From Daphnia carinata (taxonomy: Eukaryota), in the NCBI RefSeq assembly GCF_022539665.2, contig NC_081331.1, forward strand, positions 11,470,001-11,534,000: a stretch of 64,000 bases of DNA, read 5' to 3'. This document shows, one piece after another, positions 1-19,463 of this stretch. The translations under genes were made by a program, and so were the position numbers. The notes beneath the pieces are model-generated. The model searched no databases. It was not told where the DNA came from and was given only the letters and a program-made list of their open reading frames with translations. Every line of letters starts with the position of its first letter. Within the stretch, counting starts at the first letter, position 1.

Positions 1-3000
1 AGTATGGTGTGGGAGGAGCAACACCAAAAGCGAATGTCAATGAGTAGAAAAATAGGCTGATGTGTCTGCAAAATCTGTTGCCCTTTGCGTAGTACGAGAT
101 CCACCGATTGATTCGATGACTATTATTGCACTTCTTTCAAAACAGACCCAGAGCGTGAATACTCGTGTACGAAAAGCCTGTCTACAGATAGCGACAGAAC
201 GTATCAACATTTTGACGGCGTCAAACATTGCGTTTTTTTTTTCAACAAAATATTGTAAAGACTTTACATATTTCGTGATTCCTTTTAAAATCAAATGCCG
301 GTTTTTGTTGAACTGAACAATCAGAAAGAGAACCACTTTTGTGCGATCAATCTCGTGTGGTTTGCTCTTTGTATTTCCATCTCTTGCGGGGGCTACAAAA
401 TCGTTGTTTTTCGATAAAAAGAAAGCAACCGACCTCCAAAAAGACGGCTTCTTTTTCTTCCTTTTACCTATCATATATTTTTACTAGATTTTTCTTTCGG
501 TCCCCTTTTTTTGTACCGTCCCCCAGCGGCTTAGTCGTGATCGATGAACAGGATAGCAAAAGTATCGAAAGACTTCGGGTGGGTGTTGGGTAAAAGCAAA
601 AAAAAAAAAGAAATGTTTGTTCCGTACAGAAAGTTGGGAGAAACATATCACGGGAAAAGATTTCTTGTTGTCACCTGCAGTAGTTACACATTTTAGTCCC
701 GCTTCGTTTTTTTTTTTTGCTGGTAGTTGACGATGTATTCTTTATGTATTCCTTGTTATACACTCGTACCAAACGCGGTATCTACAATAATCATTCTGTT
801 GAGGGGGAAAAAAAATGTTTGCAATGTCAAAATCTTTTCCGTTTCCTCTGGTCAATAAGAATCACTGACGGACGAGGGTAAATCAATCGTATTAACCTGT
901 CAAGCGCATTACGATCGGATGTGTAACGTACAACGTTGTAAGGATTGGTCCTTATTTTGTTAGTTTAGATTTCTCTTGGTACTATTTGTTATGCAAGGAG
1001 AATAGAAACTAACGCATTGGAAGCCAAATAACTTAAAGATAAGGGCCTGTGTTCAGTTCACTAGATGGTGCTGCTGTCCACAAGTTGGACGCGGTAGTTC
1101 CATTGATTTTTTGAAAAATTTAGTTGCAATCAAATTTTATTGCGTACAGTTTCAAATTTCTGTTTGTCTCTCATTTCAAAGGGGTAAGAATTGTCGAATG
1201 GGACGTCGAAAGATATCAGATTTGTCAAAACTAACGTTTTGTCTGTTTTAAAGTGCAAATATGCCAATCGATCTCTTGGAAAATTGAATGGACGCACGGG
1301 CGCGCGCAGTCCCGTGAATTTGGCCGGCCTCTTTTGTTCCGCCTTTCCCTTTTTGGTGGCCATCGCTTTATGGCATTTTGCACGCGACCACTCCATACAA
1401 TGCCCAGGTTCTTCCCTCTGCCTTCACAGTCTCGTCATCGATAGATAATCCCATCAAGAATAAGGATACGACTGAGCTCTTTATGAAGCTTTTTCTTCCC
1501 CTTTTTGTTCACGTAACATTTGAGTTGTATTTATAGTCGAACGAAGCAGGTCGAATGAAAAGCCCAGGTACTTTATCAACAAATGGTTACTGTTTTCTGA
1601 GGATGAAATCCCACCGTTTCCTCTTTGCGCAGCTGCCCAATTCCTTTATGAGTATTGATGTTATCAAACAGGATATCGTCGATACTTTTGTAAAAAAATA
1701 ACAGACCCCTAACTCTGTGTAAAATAATCCAATAACTCACGCTATAGGAGGTTATTGCTGAATCGATAATTCCCCCGTTCATTTTTTTCTTGAAGTGGAT
1801 TCGCTGTGTTTAATGATGAACGATCCCGTCCTTCTCCTGCTGTGCATATCGGACGATAAAATTCTAATTGATTTCCATACGGCGTGTAGCGATTTTTCCG
1901 CGCGGGTAATAACGAAGGGAAGCCAATCGTAGGTGGACTGTTACTATGCCTGACTAAGAACTCCATGGAGAGAAACGAGAGGGGGGAAAAAAGGTCAATC
2001 CAATTATTTGGCGATGGAGATCCACATGGAGAAATAAAAAAAAGATGGATATTTGCAGCCTATGAATCTGGCAGCCGATCAATACACCTGCATATAGCAC
2101 GAATTGGATTTAAGGGAGGGGAAAGCACTGAAATGTTTCAGAGTTTAAAATACGCGAATATTTAAAGTTTTGTAAGTCTCAAATGTTTTAACGTCAGTTA
2201 CCGTGAAATGCGTCTTTTGCAACGTGCGAAATTGAATGAACATTATCCGCTAAACGATAGAAGTATACCATTTGTGCCTAGACACATGTTTGAAATTTCA
2301 TATCCAAAAACTACTTCATTGCTCGACTGTTATGTGTGCTCTTTTGCTGGGCAAATGGCATAAGAAATCGATTCGCTTTAAATGTCTTTCGACGTCCAAT
2401 CAATTTGGTCAATTCTTCAGGGGAAAAGACGAATTTTGGTCCGAACATGTATTCATAAAAAATTATTGCATCTCTTTTCGTTTGCTTTCCCTCTGTTTAC
2501 AATAGAAAGCGCAGCAAGAGACACGCTGAAGAATGACAAGGAAATGCCATCGGATCTTTTTGTTACATGGTCTCGTCTCTGAAAGCGCCGAACATGTCGC
2601 ATCTATATTTGATAGATAATGGTGTGGACTATTTACAAACAAGTATATTTAGTCCGATAAAAGCTTGAAAAATTGCTTTTAGTTCTGAAAGAGTACAGCC
2701 AAATTGAGAGTGAATTGCGCATTAGATGCCCCGGGCGTATCTAGCGCTCTTCCCCGTAATTTCGCAGTTTGACGACTCTCTTGTATTTATAACAACGGGT
2801 AGTGCGCCTGCTGATGTAGGTACACGTCCGCACAACTTTTGTCAAAAAGACCTGAAGCAGTCATGTCTGCAGGGGAAATATTGATTATACCTGATAACCG
2901 CATAAAGAGACCCACACATACTGCTGCGATTATATGGATCCTCTTTGTTGTCGCAATAGTAAAAACAAACAAGAGCGTTCGCTTGCCATTTAAGACTGCT

Positions 3001-6000
3001 TTGAAACAGCGACGTTTGAAGCGCAGTAACTTCAAAAAACCAGTAAAATAAAGCAGAAACAACAACAACAGAAAAATCTATTTGTAGCTCACCTTTACTT
3101 TCAACAGGAATGTGAACGTAAGATTGAACGTAAAGGAGAAATAGCTACAGTAATGCGGAAGGAGAAAGCAATGTTAACATTTTGTGACATCAGAAAATAG
3201 TGGCATACGTAGGTAAGAATGCGGTGTCGTTATCCAAGTAAACATGCTTACTTAAACAAGAATCAAACAGCATCCTCCACCATATCTCTTCATTCTTGCG
3301 GTTTACACATAAATGTATAATCTATAGAAAGGACGTAGTGCACTCCATAAAGCGGCAACCTACGACACGATCCTCGTGCGGGGAAGAAAAAAGACCAGCG
3401 CGCAGTTGTAGAGCCATTTTCCCATTTGTTATGCGATGGGTTTCGTGCTGCGTATAGTATCCCCCTTGTTCGCTCGTAAGGTGAAGAAAGATCAATACCT
3501 GCTTTACTACGCAAACTTGCTCAGTTTTCGCTAGACATTCGCCCGTGTTCTGCAAAGGGACTTATAGCACAACCGCTCCATTTGTCAAATAGTCCAAGAT
3601 CTTTCTATTCCTTTCGTGAATAGACAGATGTATATGGAATGTTGGCCATATCTATGTTTTTTTTTTTCGTTGATGTTGTATTTTTTTTTCTAAATAACGT
3701 CGCCATCAACATGTCGTTTTCCTTGCGTGGTGATCTGTCATAACATGATGAATTCGTTTTGTGCCCTGCAGCTCTCTGCTCCTGAGCGCACATAAATCAT
3801 AGACGCCGTCTATGCAACTTCTGGCGAACTTTGGTGTATTCTTTGGGTTTGTTTATCCGATTCTTTTCCACCAAATGAGGTGATTCTTTGGCCTTTTCAT
3901 CTTCACATTTCGCTCGGATCGAAAATAAGGAAAAACGGGACATTCGTAAATGCAATGATAGGTTGAATTTACGAATAGGATTGTGTTTCATCGTTATTAG
4001 TAGTTAAATACTGTACCACCGGTTTTTGACATTTCCGACAAGCTCGTGAATTTGCGTGTTGATACGACAAATAATGCATTGCCTGCAAAGTATTTTCTTG
4101 ATGTATAAAAAAAGGCAGCCGTCGATTTTAGACGCAAAGTCTGAATCAATCAATTGTTAAGAAAAAAAAGAAAAGGGTTTCATGTCTAATGGCCAACGAA
4201 GAGACAACAAAGTGAAATCTATATATAGATACTTATTCTTTTCCAACACGGACGTAAGCAATGCTTTCAGCTGCACGTTGATCACATTAGCGTCTAGTGA
4301 ACTTTGTCAACTTAGATGGATACGCTTGTATGCGGACAGCAGCCCAGGCACTTGGGCGTCGGATAGGTGGGAGACAAAAGCTCGGCAGTTTCGAGAGCTG
4401 TTCGTGGTACAGTATATAGGAACTTGTACATAAAAGAGACCCTGTATTTATAGTATAATAGTTGACATGTCAGCCCCAGGCGTCTGACACGTCTGGCATC
4501 CGCTTGACTTTTAAAGAGAAAGTAGAATAAATCGTGCCTCACGCATAAGTGGTAATATCCTCCCCACTCCTCTATACTGTAAAGCTGCCAACAATTTCTT
4601 TCATTCACGCCAATATTTAGTTTCCGGGAGGTAATTCCCTTCTTTTTTTTTTTTCTTATTAAATGCATTATGCTGGGTTGAGGGGATTGGATAGGGGTAA
4701 AATGTGTTAAAAGAGAGAAAGATTGGTCATAAAATATAGCTACCTATCAGCCATCCATTACTGTGGCGTCCAATCCCGAAAAATTTAAATCTATGCTAAT
4801 GAACGGAAAACGGTTTCAAGTGGGCTACATAATTATCATATACCGCCTTTGCGTTCCCTGTGCAACGAGAATAATATCATACCCGTGACGAGTGCCATTC
4901 GTTACTTCGAAGATTAAGTGTGAGCGCTAATGCTCTTTATTTCGCATACAGAAACTAATTTATGTGTGTGCACATTATGAAATGCCGCTATGTATAACAG
5001 ACCCCCCCCCCCCAATCGTATCCTTATTAGTCGATATGCGCACATACTACACGTAGCATAAACAACAGACGTACGTGGATCCGTATTGATTATAGAATCA
5101 TTCACGCAAGCGGCCGTCCCTCGATTCCATACAGTGGAGCGTGGATGTGAAGAGTTGACCGTTAAATTGAACTGACAGCCTTGCACTATGAATAGACCAG
5201 GAGGCATGAGAAAAACATGATGTGTAGCAGGGCTGTTGCTTTGAATATATACACACAGCTCCTGTTTGCTGGCTTTCAGTCATTTTTACCGACTTTGCAA
5301 GCGACTCACTACTCTGCCAGCTGCGCTGAAGAAACTAGAAGAAAAAAGAAAATTACAAGATACAAACAATCTTTGGTGAAAAAGAAAAAAAAAGAGATTC
5401 TTTTTCCGCCCACATCCTTGGCTCGATTTGATGTGAAAGAAAACAAAAAATATCGAGAGAAGGGGAACACTCTTTTATGTATACTAATACGTATACTGTA
5501 TATACATATACACAGTAAGGGAGCTTATTCCCTATTGGTGCTGCTTTTTCTCTCGTTCCGAACATGGCTAGATAGTCTAGAAAGAGAACGGCAGGAAGGA
5601 GCTTATATCGATTGGGCGGACATGACGAACGACACAGGAGTTGAACTGGCGTGCTGCTATTTCGCATATATATACATATCCCTCTATATATGCCCGTTAG
5701 TGCTGCATGTCGCATCGTAAATTTTTAGCTTTTTCAACAGTGGCCGCCATCAAAACCAGAAGTCCGCAGCAAAATGGAGGGGAAAAGAAAATTCAATACT
5801 TCCTGAGAGATGCATGTATAAGATCTAAATGTATGTATATGTATTTGTATAGTTCGGTTGTCTGTTGTTCGATACGGAACTAGTTGTATGTGCGGCAGAA
5901 TATTCATGTTGTTAAGCAAAGAGCTCTGAAGGGTCTTCATGTAAAATTGCGAAAGCTTAAAAGTATCTTTCATCTCTTAACAATAAAACGGTGGAATATT

Positions 6001-7837
6001 TGATGCTGTGAAATGTATTTATTATGCTATATGTCTAGCGTACCCATGGGCTCGAAGACATGGAAAAGATGAATTCTTTTGGACAAGGAACATCCATTAG
6101 CTTTCCGTGACATAATAAACAAGAAAAAAGAATAAGAGAATTCTTTCACGTGGGCTCGGATTCCAAATTCCCCAATTTGTGTTTAGGCTGAGCTATATAT
6201 TGTAATCACGCAAGGTTCCTCGTATACACAAGATAGCGTTAACTTGACTGATATCTTCCTATTTTTGGACGTGTTTCATGGGTGCCTGCTTCGTTGTGGC
6301 TATGAAACTTAAAAAGCGAGACTGAACTAAAACGAATTACGTTGGGCATTCTTTTTTTGTTTTGTTTCTTTGTTACCCACAGACAATGACGTATCATCCT
6401 CTTCGTGTTGCATTTGACTCGTTCAAATGCTGGCCATTTCTTTCCTGTTTTTTATTTTTTCCGGTATGTTTGATGTTATACAGATATATAGGTTTATATT
6501 TACATATGGACAAGACGTAAAAGGTGGCGTGTGGCGGGAGTGTGTGGATATTACAGCAACAACAACAAAAAAACAATAAAGAAAGAGTCTTTCGAACATC
6601 ACATATGTCTAAGCTACGCTACCTAGTATTGGTTGTGCGTTGGTGGAAGACTTTTACAGAGATTCCCAATAATATCGCTATATTTATATTGCTTCCGCAC
6701 TCCTTTCCGCTTCCATATCCGCTTGATTAGTTTCGATCCGGAAAAGAAATGACATGGATCTGGTCTCCACATCGAAGAGAAAAAGAGACAAAGACAGAAT
6801 GTAAGGCGACGACCGTGTCCGGGGCGCCATCAAATGGACAGCCAATTTGTCTTGTGATGTAACTTTTTTTTTGCGCTTTCATCTTTGTTCTCTGTTTTCA
6901 AATAGTCAAGCAATTGATCTTTGTCATGCATTTGAAAAGCTTCGCTAAATTTCAACTGAACAGGAGAAATAAAAGAGGATCTCTCCCGATGGCTGATCAA
7001 GCTGCAAAACTCGTCTTTTATTTTCCTCAGTCGGATGGTTTTTACGAATAAACATCGAATGGGCGTAGTATACATTGCGAACGAACGTTCGCAACAACAA
7101 CTACTGTGTCCTCTGCTCTGCTGCTCTCGTCCGCAGGCCGCACTGTCTGTTCGATTTTACAAGATGCGCATTCAGTGGAGGGTAAGAAACGGCTTCAATT
7201 CGCTGAGAGTAGCCCATATTCAACTGTCAAAGTCTGTGTTCCGGCTAGCCGTCACTGGCTGCTAAAAAATTGGGAAAAAATAAGAAGGAGAGCAAGGAAA
7301 AAGAACTGTCCTGCTGCACTGGCAACAGTCGGCAGACGACACGGGCTGAGAGCGGTCGTGACTGGGGGCGCGTGACACGACAATAATAACAACCAGACGA
7401 ACATTACAAACGATTAGACGTCCCTCACGTTCTGCTAATTACCAGATCCGGATTAGCCATACCCGGTGCATCTGGTTTTAAAGTGATTTCTGTCTTCAGA
7501 TACGTCTGTACTGTTATACGACCTGAACTTCAAGGTAAAAGACGACAAAGACGACTAGCGACGGGAAATCTTGCTAGCTTTTGGCTCGGAAAAGGAAATA
7601 TCGCTACATGTGTTGCCAACATCGTCGTACGCGCCAACAAAGAATCTCTTTGCTGAGCTACTCCCACCTAGTTGAAATCTGTTTTCTCTGTCTGTGGCTG
7701 CCATTTTTGGATTTGCTCAATAGTGTAGGAGGTCTACTGCCCACCTGCGCTTCATCAATCAATCACCTTTCATCAGCCAAACTCTAGGAAACTGCTTAGT
7801 GGACTGAGATCATGATATCTCTCCTGTCGACATCATC

Positions 7838-14956
<7,119 letters not shown>

Positions 14957-15989
14957 AAGGATGCATTCATGATCTCATCTACCTTAGCCACCTCGCCCCG
15001 GCTGGTTGGTAGACAAAATGTAGGTAATTATGGCGGATGTTTGTGGAAAAGAAGAACAAAAGATTATTTAAGTACTTGAAACAAGTGTTGAAATTTAGAG
15101 CAAAAAAGAATCTGGTCAACCGTCCAATGCTACAATAAGAAGACAAATGACGATGGTTGAGGGAAGACCATTTTGTCAAGTAAAATTTTCTCGTTCGGTC
15201 GTTTTCTCTTGTACATAGAGATTTGAAATTAATCTTTAGCAAAATTTTGTCGACTCTTCGTTGCACCGATCAAAATTTCTAATCCCGTTCGATTTTTTCC
15301 CCCCTATCATTGTTTATTTATCTGTTACGTTGAGTTTCAATGCAATCATGCCCTCCTGCTGATCTAAAAGTCTTCCCAGTGAGCTATCCTTAAAATATTT
15401 GGCAGCAGAAATCGGCGTAAGGTGAGAAAAACAACCAAAGTAAAACTTTAAAACGATTTGAATCAAGGTTCCTGTGTGTAATATCCATGTATAAGAGATG
15501 ATTTTAAAGAGAAAACAAAAAAACGCTCATACTTTTTGCACGTCCATGAGAATCTTGTATACAAACATTGGAAATCAAGTATTCTGTCATTTCTCAGCAT
15601 AGGTTTCTCCACCTCCTTCTCGTCAATCTTTCCCTTAATTGATTTTTTTGTTTTCGTTTCGCATGAGCCAATTCTCATGAAAATTTGTTGATGTATATCA
15701 TGTGCCCAATAGTTATGTGCAATTTTTGCTTGTTTTTACATAACACCATTTGACTTAACGGTTAGTATTTTATTTTAATTTCTCAACGTCCACGCTAGGG
15801 GTAATCATTATTTTATGATACATGGCTGAAGTTCTGAACACAAGGACGTGCAGCTACGGAACGCCATATGACCCACCTATTACCAGACAACCCCTGTTCT
15901 CTATTTAACCATTTATTTGGTGAAATTTATAGAGATCCTGCGCATGTCTAGCGACAACCCACCTTTAAACAATTAAGACATAACCCCGT

Positions 15990-16110
15990 TTTTTGGGGGG
16001 CATTGAGACATCTAGATACAGTCGATAATTAATTGTAACTCTTCGCTCAATGGTAGAGCTTCGTGCCGAAGACCTAGGGATTGGTCCCAGAAAGATTTGG
16101 ATTGAAACAA
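15990..16110 (+). repeat. Degenerate, internally deleted tRNA-like unit related to the foldback spacer units
   Basis: ttcgctcaatggtagagcttcg-tgccgaagacctagggattggtcccag (16042-16090) resembles the spacer unit tcgtggctcaatgttagagcatcggcg...tgtctggggatcggttccca. Confidence 0.5.
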
Positions 16111-16339
16111 AGTTCAAAATAATCCAATTAAACTTGTATGTAGATGTATGAAATGAAACAATGATAAAGTATTGTGTTAGCTGCGTTAACAAAAGCTCTT
16201 AGAATAGATCCAAAAGCAAGTGATGTGCTTAAATACTTGCTCTCTAATATTCGCATAAGGACAAATGCAACATCGAACGGTGTGAAATTTGGGGTGACAA
16301 TATAGCGAAGGTAGATTTAAAAAGAAAACGAACTTAATC

Positions 16340-16690
16340 GAATTCACGGGTAATATATGCCGCGTGATTTATTTTCTATAAGGCCATCTAAAACTTTGTC
16401 TTATGGTTTTAAAACTAAACGTAAAACACGAAAAAATAAGAAAAGTCGGGCTTATTTATTAGTCGGACTTATTTACTAGTCGGGCTTAAAATATTTTACT
16501 CCAAAAATTAACACTCATCGAACTTGATTGAATATCACAGGATATACTTAAAATCAAATGCTGATTCCGGGAAAATTGCTATTTTTTTCACTAAGTCAAT
16601 CGTTTTTTAAATATACCGAATATTTCAAACAATGCTAGCGCGCCAGTACGCTACAGCGCTAGCGCGTTGAAGAAAAAATATATCTTCTTT
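16340..16690 (+). mobile_element. Partial unit of the ~520-bp MITE-like repeat, interrupted by foldback element 1
   Basis: Shares AGTCGGGCTTATTTA x3 and GCTAGCGCGCCAGTACGCTACAGCGCTAGCGCG with the units at 21618-22950 and 26117-27406. Confidence 0.85.
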
Positions 16691-16896
16691 TATGGCAATC
16701 CGTTTTACACAAAAAAACAAAAAAATTTTGCAAAAAAAAAAAAAATCACACTTTTTTCTTTTTTTCCGACACGTAGCCATCTACCGCTCAGACTCGTTAT
16801 TACTGGCGTAGGCAATTTCAGTCCATTGGATGCCATTCGCAGTTAGTTCATTAGCGTGGATGGAGAATAACGCGTGGCTGGAGGAACAATTGAAAA

Positions 16897-17906
16897 ATGG
16901 ATAAGATAATACAACAAAAGGGTGGTAAGTATCAACATTATTATATTGGTTTTCAATTATTAATTATTGTTTATTAGATCAAATTATGAAGCTGCAGGCC
17001 CAATTATTGGAACAACACAAAATATTAGATAACAGCAAAGCTAAGGATGGCAAGGCCTAATACATAATGATTCTATTTATTTGCTTTTATTCATTTGTGT
17101 TTTGTAGCTCAAATTTTGAGTCTACAAGCTCAGCTAGGGGAAAAGAACAAATTGGAACGGAACAGTTTCCAAACAGTGAGGGAGGTTTTTTCAAACTCAT
17201 CCCTAACTGAACATGAGGATGAATTGGCATTAGGCGAACACAGTCAGGTACCTAATCTTTTCAAATAAGAATTCAAAATAAGTATAGAATTTTAACAAAC
17301 AATTATTTATTGTTTAGTTATTCAGTCCACCACCTGACAGTGTGTTAAATTTAAATTCTGTTAGTGCTGCACTAAAAGAATTGTTAGTAATAAGTCCATG
17401 CAGCGAAGGAATTGAACAATTGTGGAACCGTATTTGGGCTGAAAATGGGTGTGGTACGGAAACCAAGATATGGCACGAGTTCAACATCAAACATGGATTA
17501 GGTACTTTTCGGTTTTTTGTCTATCGAAAAAGTATTTTTAATGCTATTATTTTGCATTCACAGAATTTTACCAGGGGATCAAGTCAAGTCTGGAAGTGTT
17601 ACAGGATGGAAGAGTCAGCCTACAGTTGAAAAAACACAGAGTGCATTACCATTAAGGTATGAGGTAAAGTAATAGAGTATGCACATTGTCTAATGAGAAG
17701 TACCATCTTGTGTGAATGAATCCTGTATAACAGCAATCCTTTATAGTTCTGTCTCAGCTAGAAGCCTCAAATAATTCTGCTTCCCTTGCTAAGAACAACT
17801 TGTCCTTTATGTTCAGAGTGTTGGTGAAGCTGGGTATTTAAATGGCCCTAAAGATGTTTCACTTCACTGGCATTGCAGCGATGAACATCATACATGGACT
17901 CTTTAG
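16897..17906 (+). pseudogene. Arm-encoded spliced orphan gene (copy 1L); 5' exons open, 3' part disrupted
   Basis: Exons 16897-16924, 16978-17049, 17108-17247 and 17318-17501 splice in phase to MDKIIQQKG/DQIMKLQAQLLEQHKILDNSKAKD/AQILSLQAQLGEKNKLE...GEHSQ/LFSPPPDSVLNL...IWAENGCGTETKIWHEFNIKHGL, continuing EFYQGIKSSLEVLQDGRV from 17564. A further candidate exon lies at 17747-17906. Introns are 53-70 nt and intron 2 has a GC donor in this copy. Confidence 0.7.
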
Positions 17907-19041
17907 GTATGAAAGGAATTTTTTTGAAAATTTTTTGAATTTATGATGAAACTTTTCTCCTCCTTTTTGCCAACCCTGTCTAATCTACAAAAAAAAAATT
18001 ATCCAACAGGAAAGGATTTTCAGCATACTGGGAACACAACTATCAACAATGCAACATTCTAGGGGTGCTATTTTATCATTCAAGAGCCTTATACAATGAT
18101 TTTCATCTGCAATTTGTATGGCCTTTCCCAAGCTTCTACCAGAAGTTGAATCTATGAGTCATGTAAGTCACATGAGCAACAATTGAGATGCTTAATGGTG
18201 TTGTTTTTCTTTTCTCAGCATAGGTTAATAGTAACATTGGATCTGAAAAGATTCTTGGTTGGGGCAAGACACTGAATAAATTGTATTGATTCGATGGATG
18301 ACATGACATTTCTATACTTAATTTGGATTCCCGAGACGGTATTTTATATTTAAAAAATTGAAGTGCATATCTGGGCTCCCTTCCTTTCCGTAGCCCCGTT
18401 TCCCCTTGACTCGTAATAAGCCCGTAGGGGGTCATGCCCCTACTGTACGGTATATATAAAAACAACATATACCGAGGTTTGGAGGGCTCTGGCCGGAAAG
18501 GGGACGTGGGGTGCCGCTTAGTCCGATGATGTGTTCACGGAGGGCGATGTGGCTACCCACAAATCCGAACTAAAGGTTAATCGCTCCTGTAAAAATGTTC
18601 CAAATCTTCAGCTCTTCTTCCGGCTTCTCTTAGCCAATCACCGGGTAATCTCCCCGGTGGGTCAACAAGGCAGTGTCTCCCCCTGCCTGGGTTGACGGCA
18701 ACTTTTGAAAGGGCTATTATGCCTTTTTAAAGTTGCAAAAATAATTGTAATGTGCAGAGAATTGTCAATAAAATTTTTTTTATAAAATATTTTATCCAAA
18801 ATTTGTTTCTTTCATTGTCTGTGTTAGCCGTGTTCACACATTACATTTATCAACTTTTTTTTTTTTCTTCGCATTATTTGTTTTTGTCACCTTTGATGGT
18901 AAGCCTTGTTTCCATTGGTTTATCGTTTATCTGTAAGATATTCAATTATTATTTATTACACTCTTTGAATTTTTCCACTTAGATTCAAGGAACAACATGT
19001 AATATCTGGATATTTTTTGAAGCAATTTTGTACTTTGTTTT

Positions 19042-19110
19042 ACCCGTATGGGAACCGATCCCCAGACATTCAGCGTGCAACGCCGATGCTCTAACATTGA
19101 GCCACGAGAT
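19042..19110 (-). ncRNA. tRNA-like (pseudo-tRNA or SINE-head) unit 1 in the element 1 spacer
   Basis: Minus strand TCGTGGCTCAATGTTAGAGCA-TCGGC-GTTGCAC-GCTGA-...GGGATCGGTTCCC: A box, D arm, anticodon-like stem-loop (TGC) and a degenerate B box. Confidence 0.6.
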
Positions 19111-19206
19111 ATATCTAAATGTTTTATTATCGCATATTATATGTTATCGTCTAGGATGTTATGCAGTCTTTCACAAGTATATGTTTATCTTTCTATTTCT
19201 TTCATA

Positions 19207-19277
19207 AGGTTCATAGATCTGTGGTAGAGCCTTCAGTTGCGATACCTGTTACCCTGGGATCAAACCTCAGTAGATGT
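19207..19277 (+). ncRNA. tRNA-like unit 2 (highly degenerate) in the element 1 spacer
   Basis: tagatctgtggtagagc ... ctgggatcaaacctcag. The element 2 copy reads TAGCTCTGTGGTAGAGC ... GGTTCAAACC. Confidence 0.5.
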
Positions 19278-19393
19278 GTAAAAATGAAGTAGAATAAATG
19301 TAGAAGAGTATATTGCAGAATTGCATTTCCTTTTTATTCTAAGTGTAAATGCAAGTCCACAAGTAACTAGAAAAAAGCCAACTTGACATCATA

Positions 19394-19463
19394 TGATTCA
19401 TGTCTCATTGGTAGAGCATCGGCGCGGTATGCCGAACATCCAGGGTTCGATCCCTGGATAATA
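19394..19463 (+). ncRNA. tRNA-like unit 3 in the element 1 spacer
   Basis: tgtctcattggtagagca-TCGGC-gcggtat-GCCGA-acatc-CAGGG-ttcgat-CCCTG. B box GGTTCGATCC, anticodon-like GGT, poor acceptor stem. Confidence 0.65.

Noticed and set aside
1..7800. Many short ORFs and scattered splice-like signals (for example minus strand 1250-1840)
   Set aside because: No recognisable protein and no consistent in-phase splicing; probably intergenic, intronic or UTR sequence.
16440..16490. AGTCGGGCTTATTTA repeats as a CRISPR-like array
   Set aside because: Eukaryotic context, only 2-3 abutting copies and no unique spacers.
18470..18696. Frame reading WRALAGKGTWGAA in the GC core, reminiscent of the non-LTR reverse transcriptase LAGxxWGA motif
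   Set aside because: Short, has no start or flanking RT motifs, and is interrupted by TAG in element 1; likely chance.
19394..19463. Functional tRNA-Thr or tRNA-Ala genes in the spacer
   Set aside because: Acceptor stems do not pair, the T loop is short and anticodon loops vary between copies; kept only as tRNA-like.
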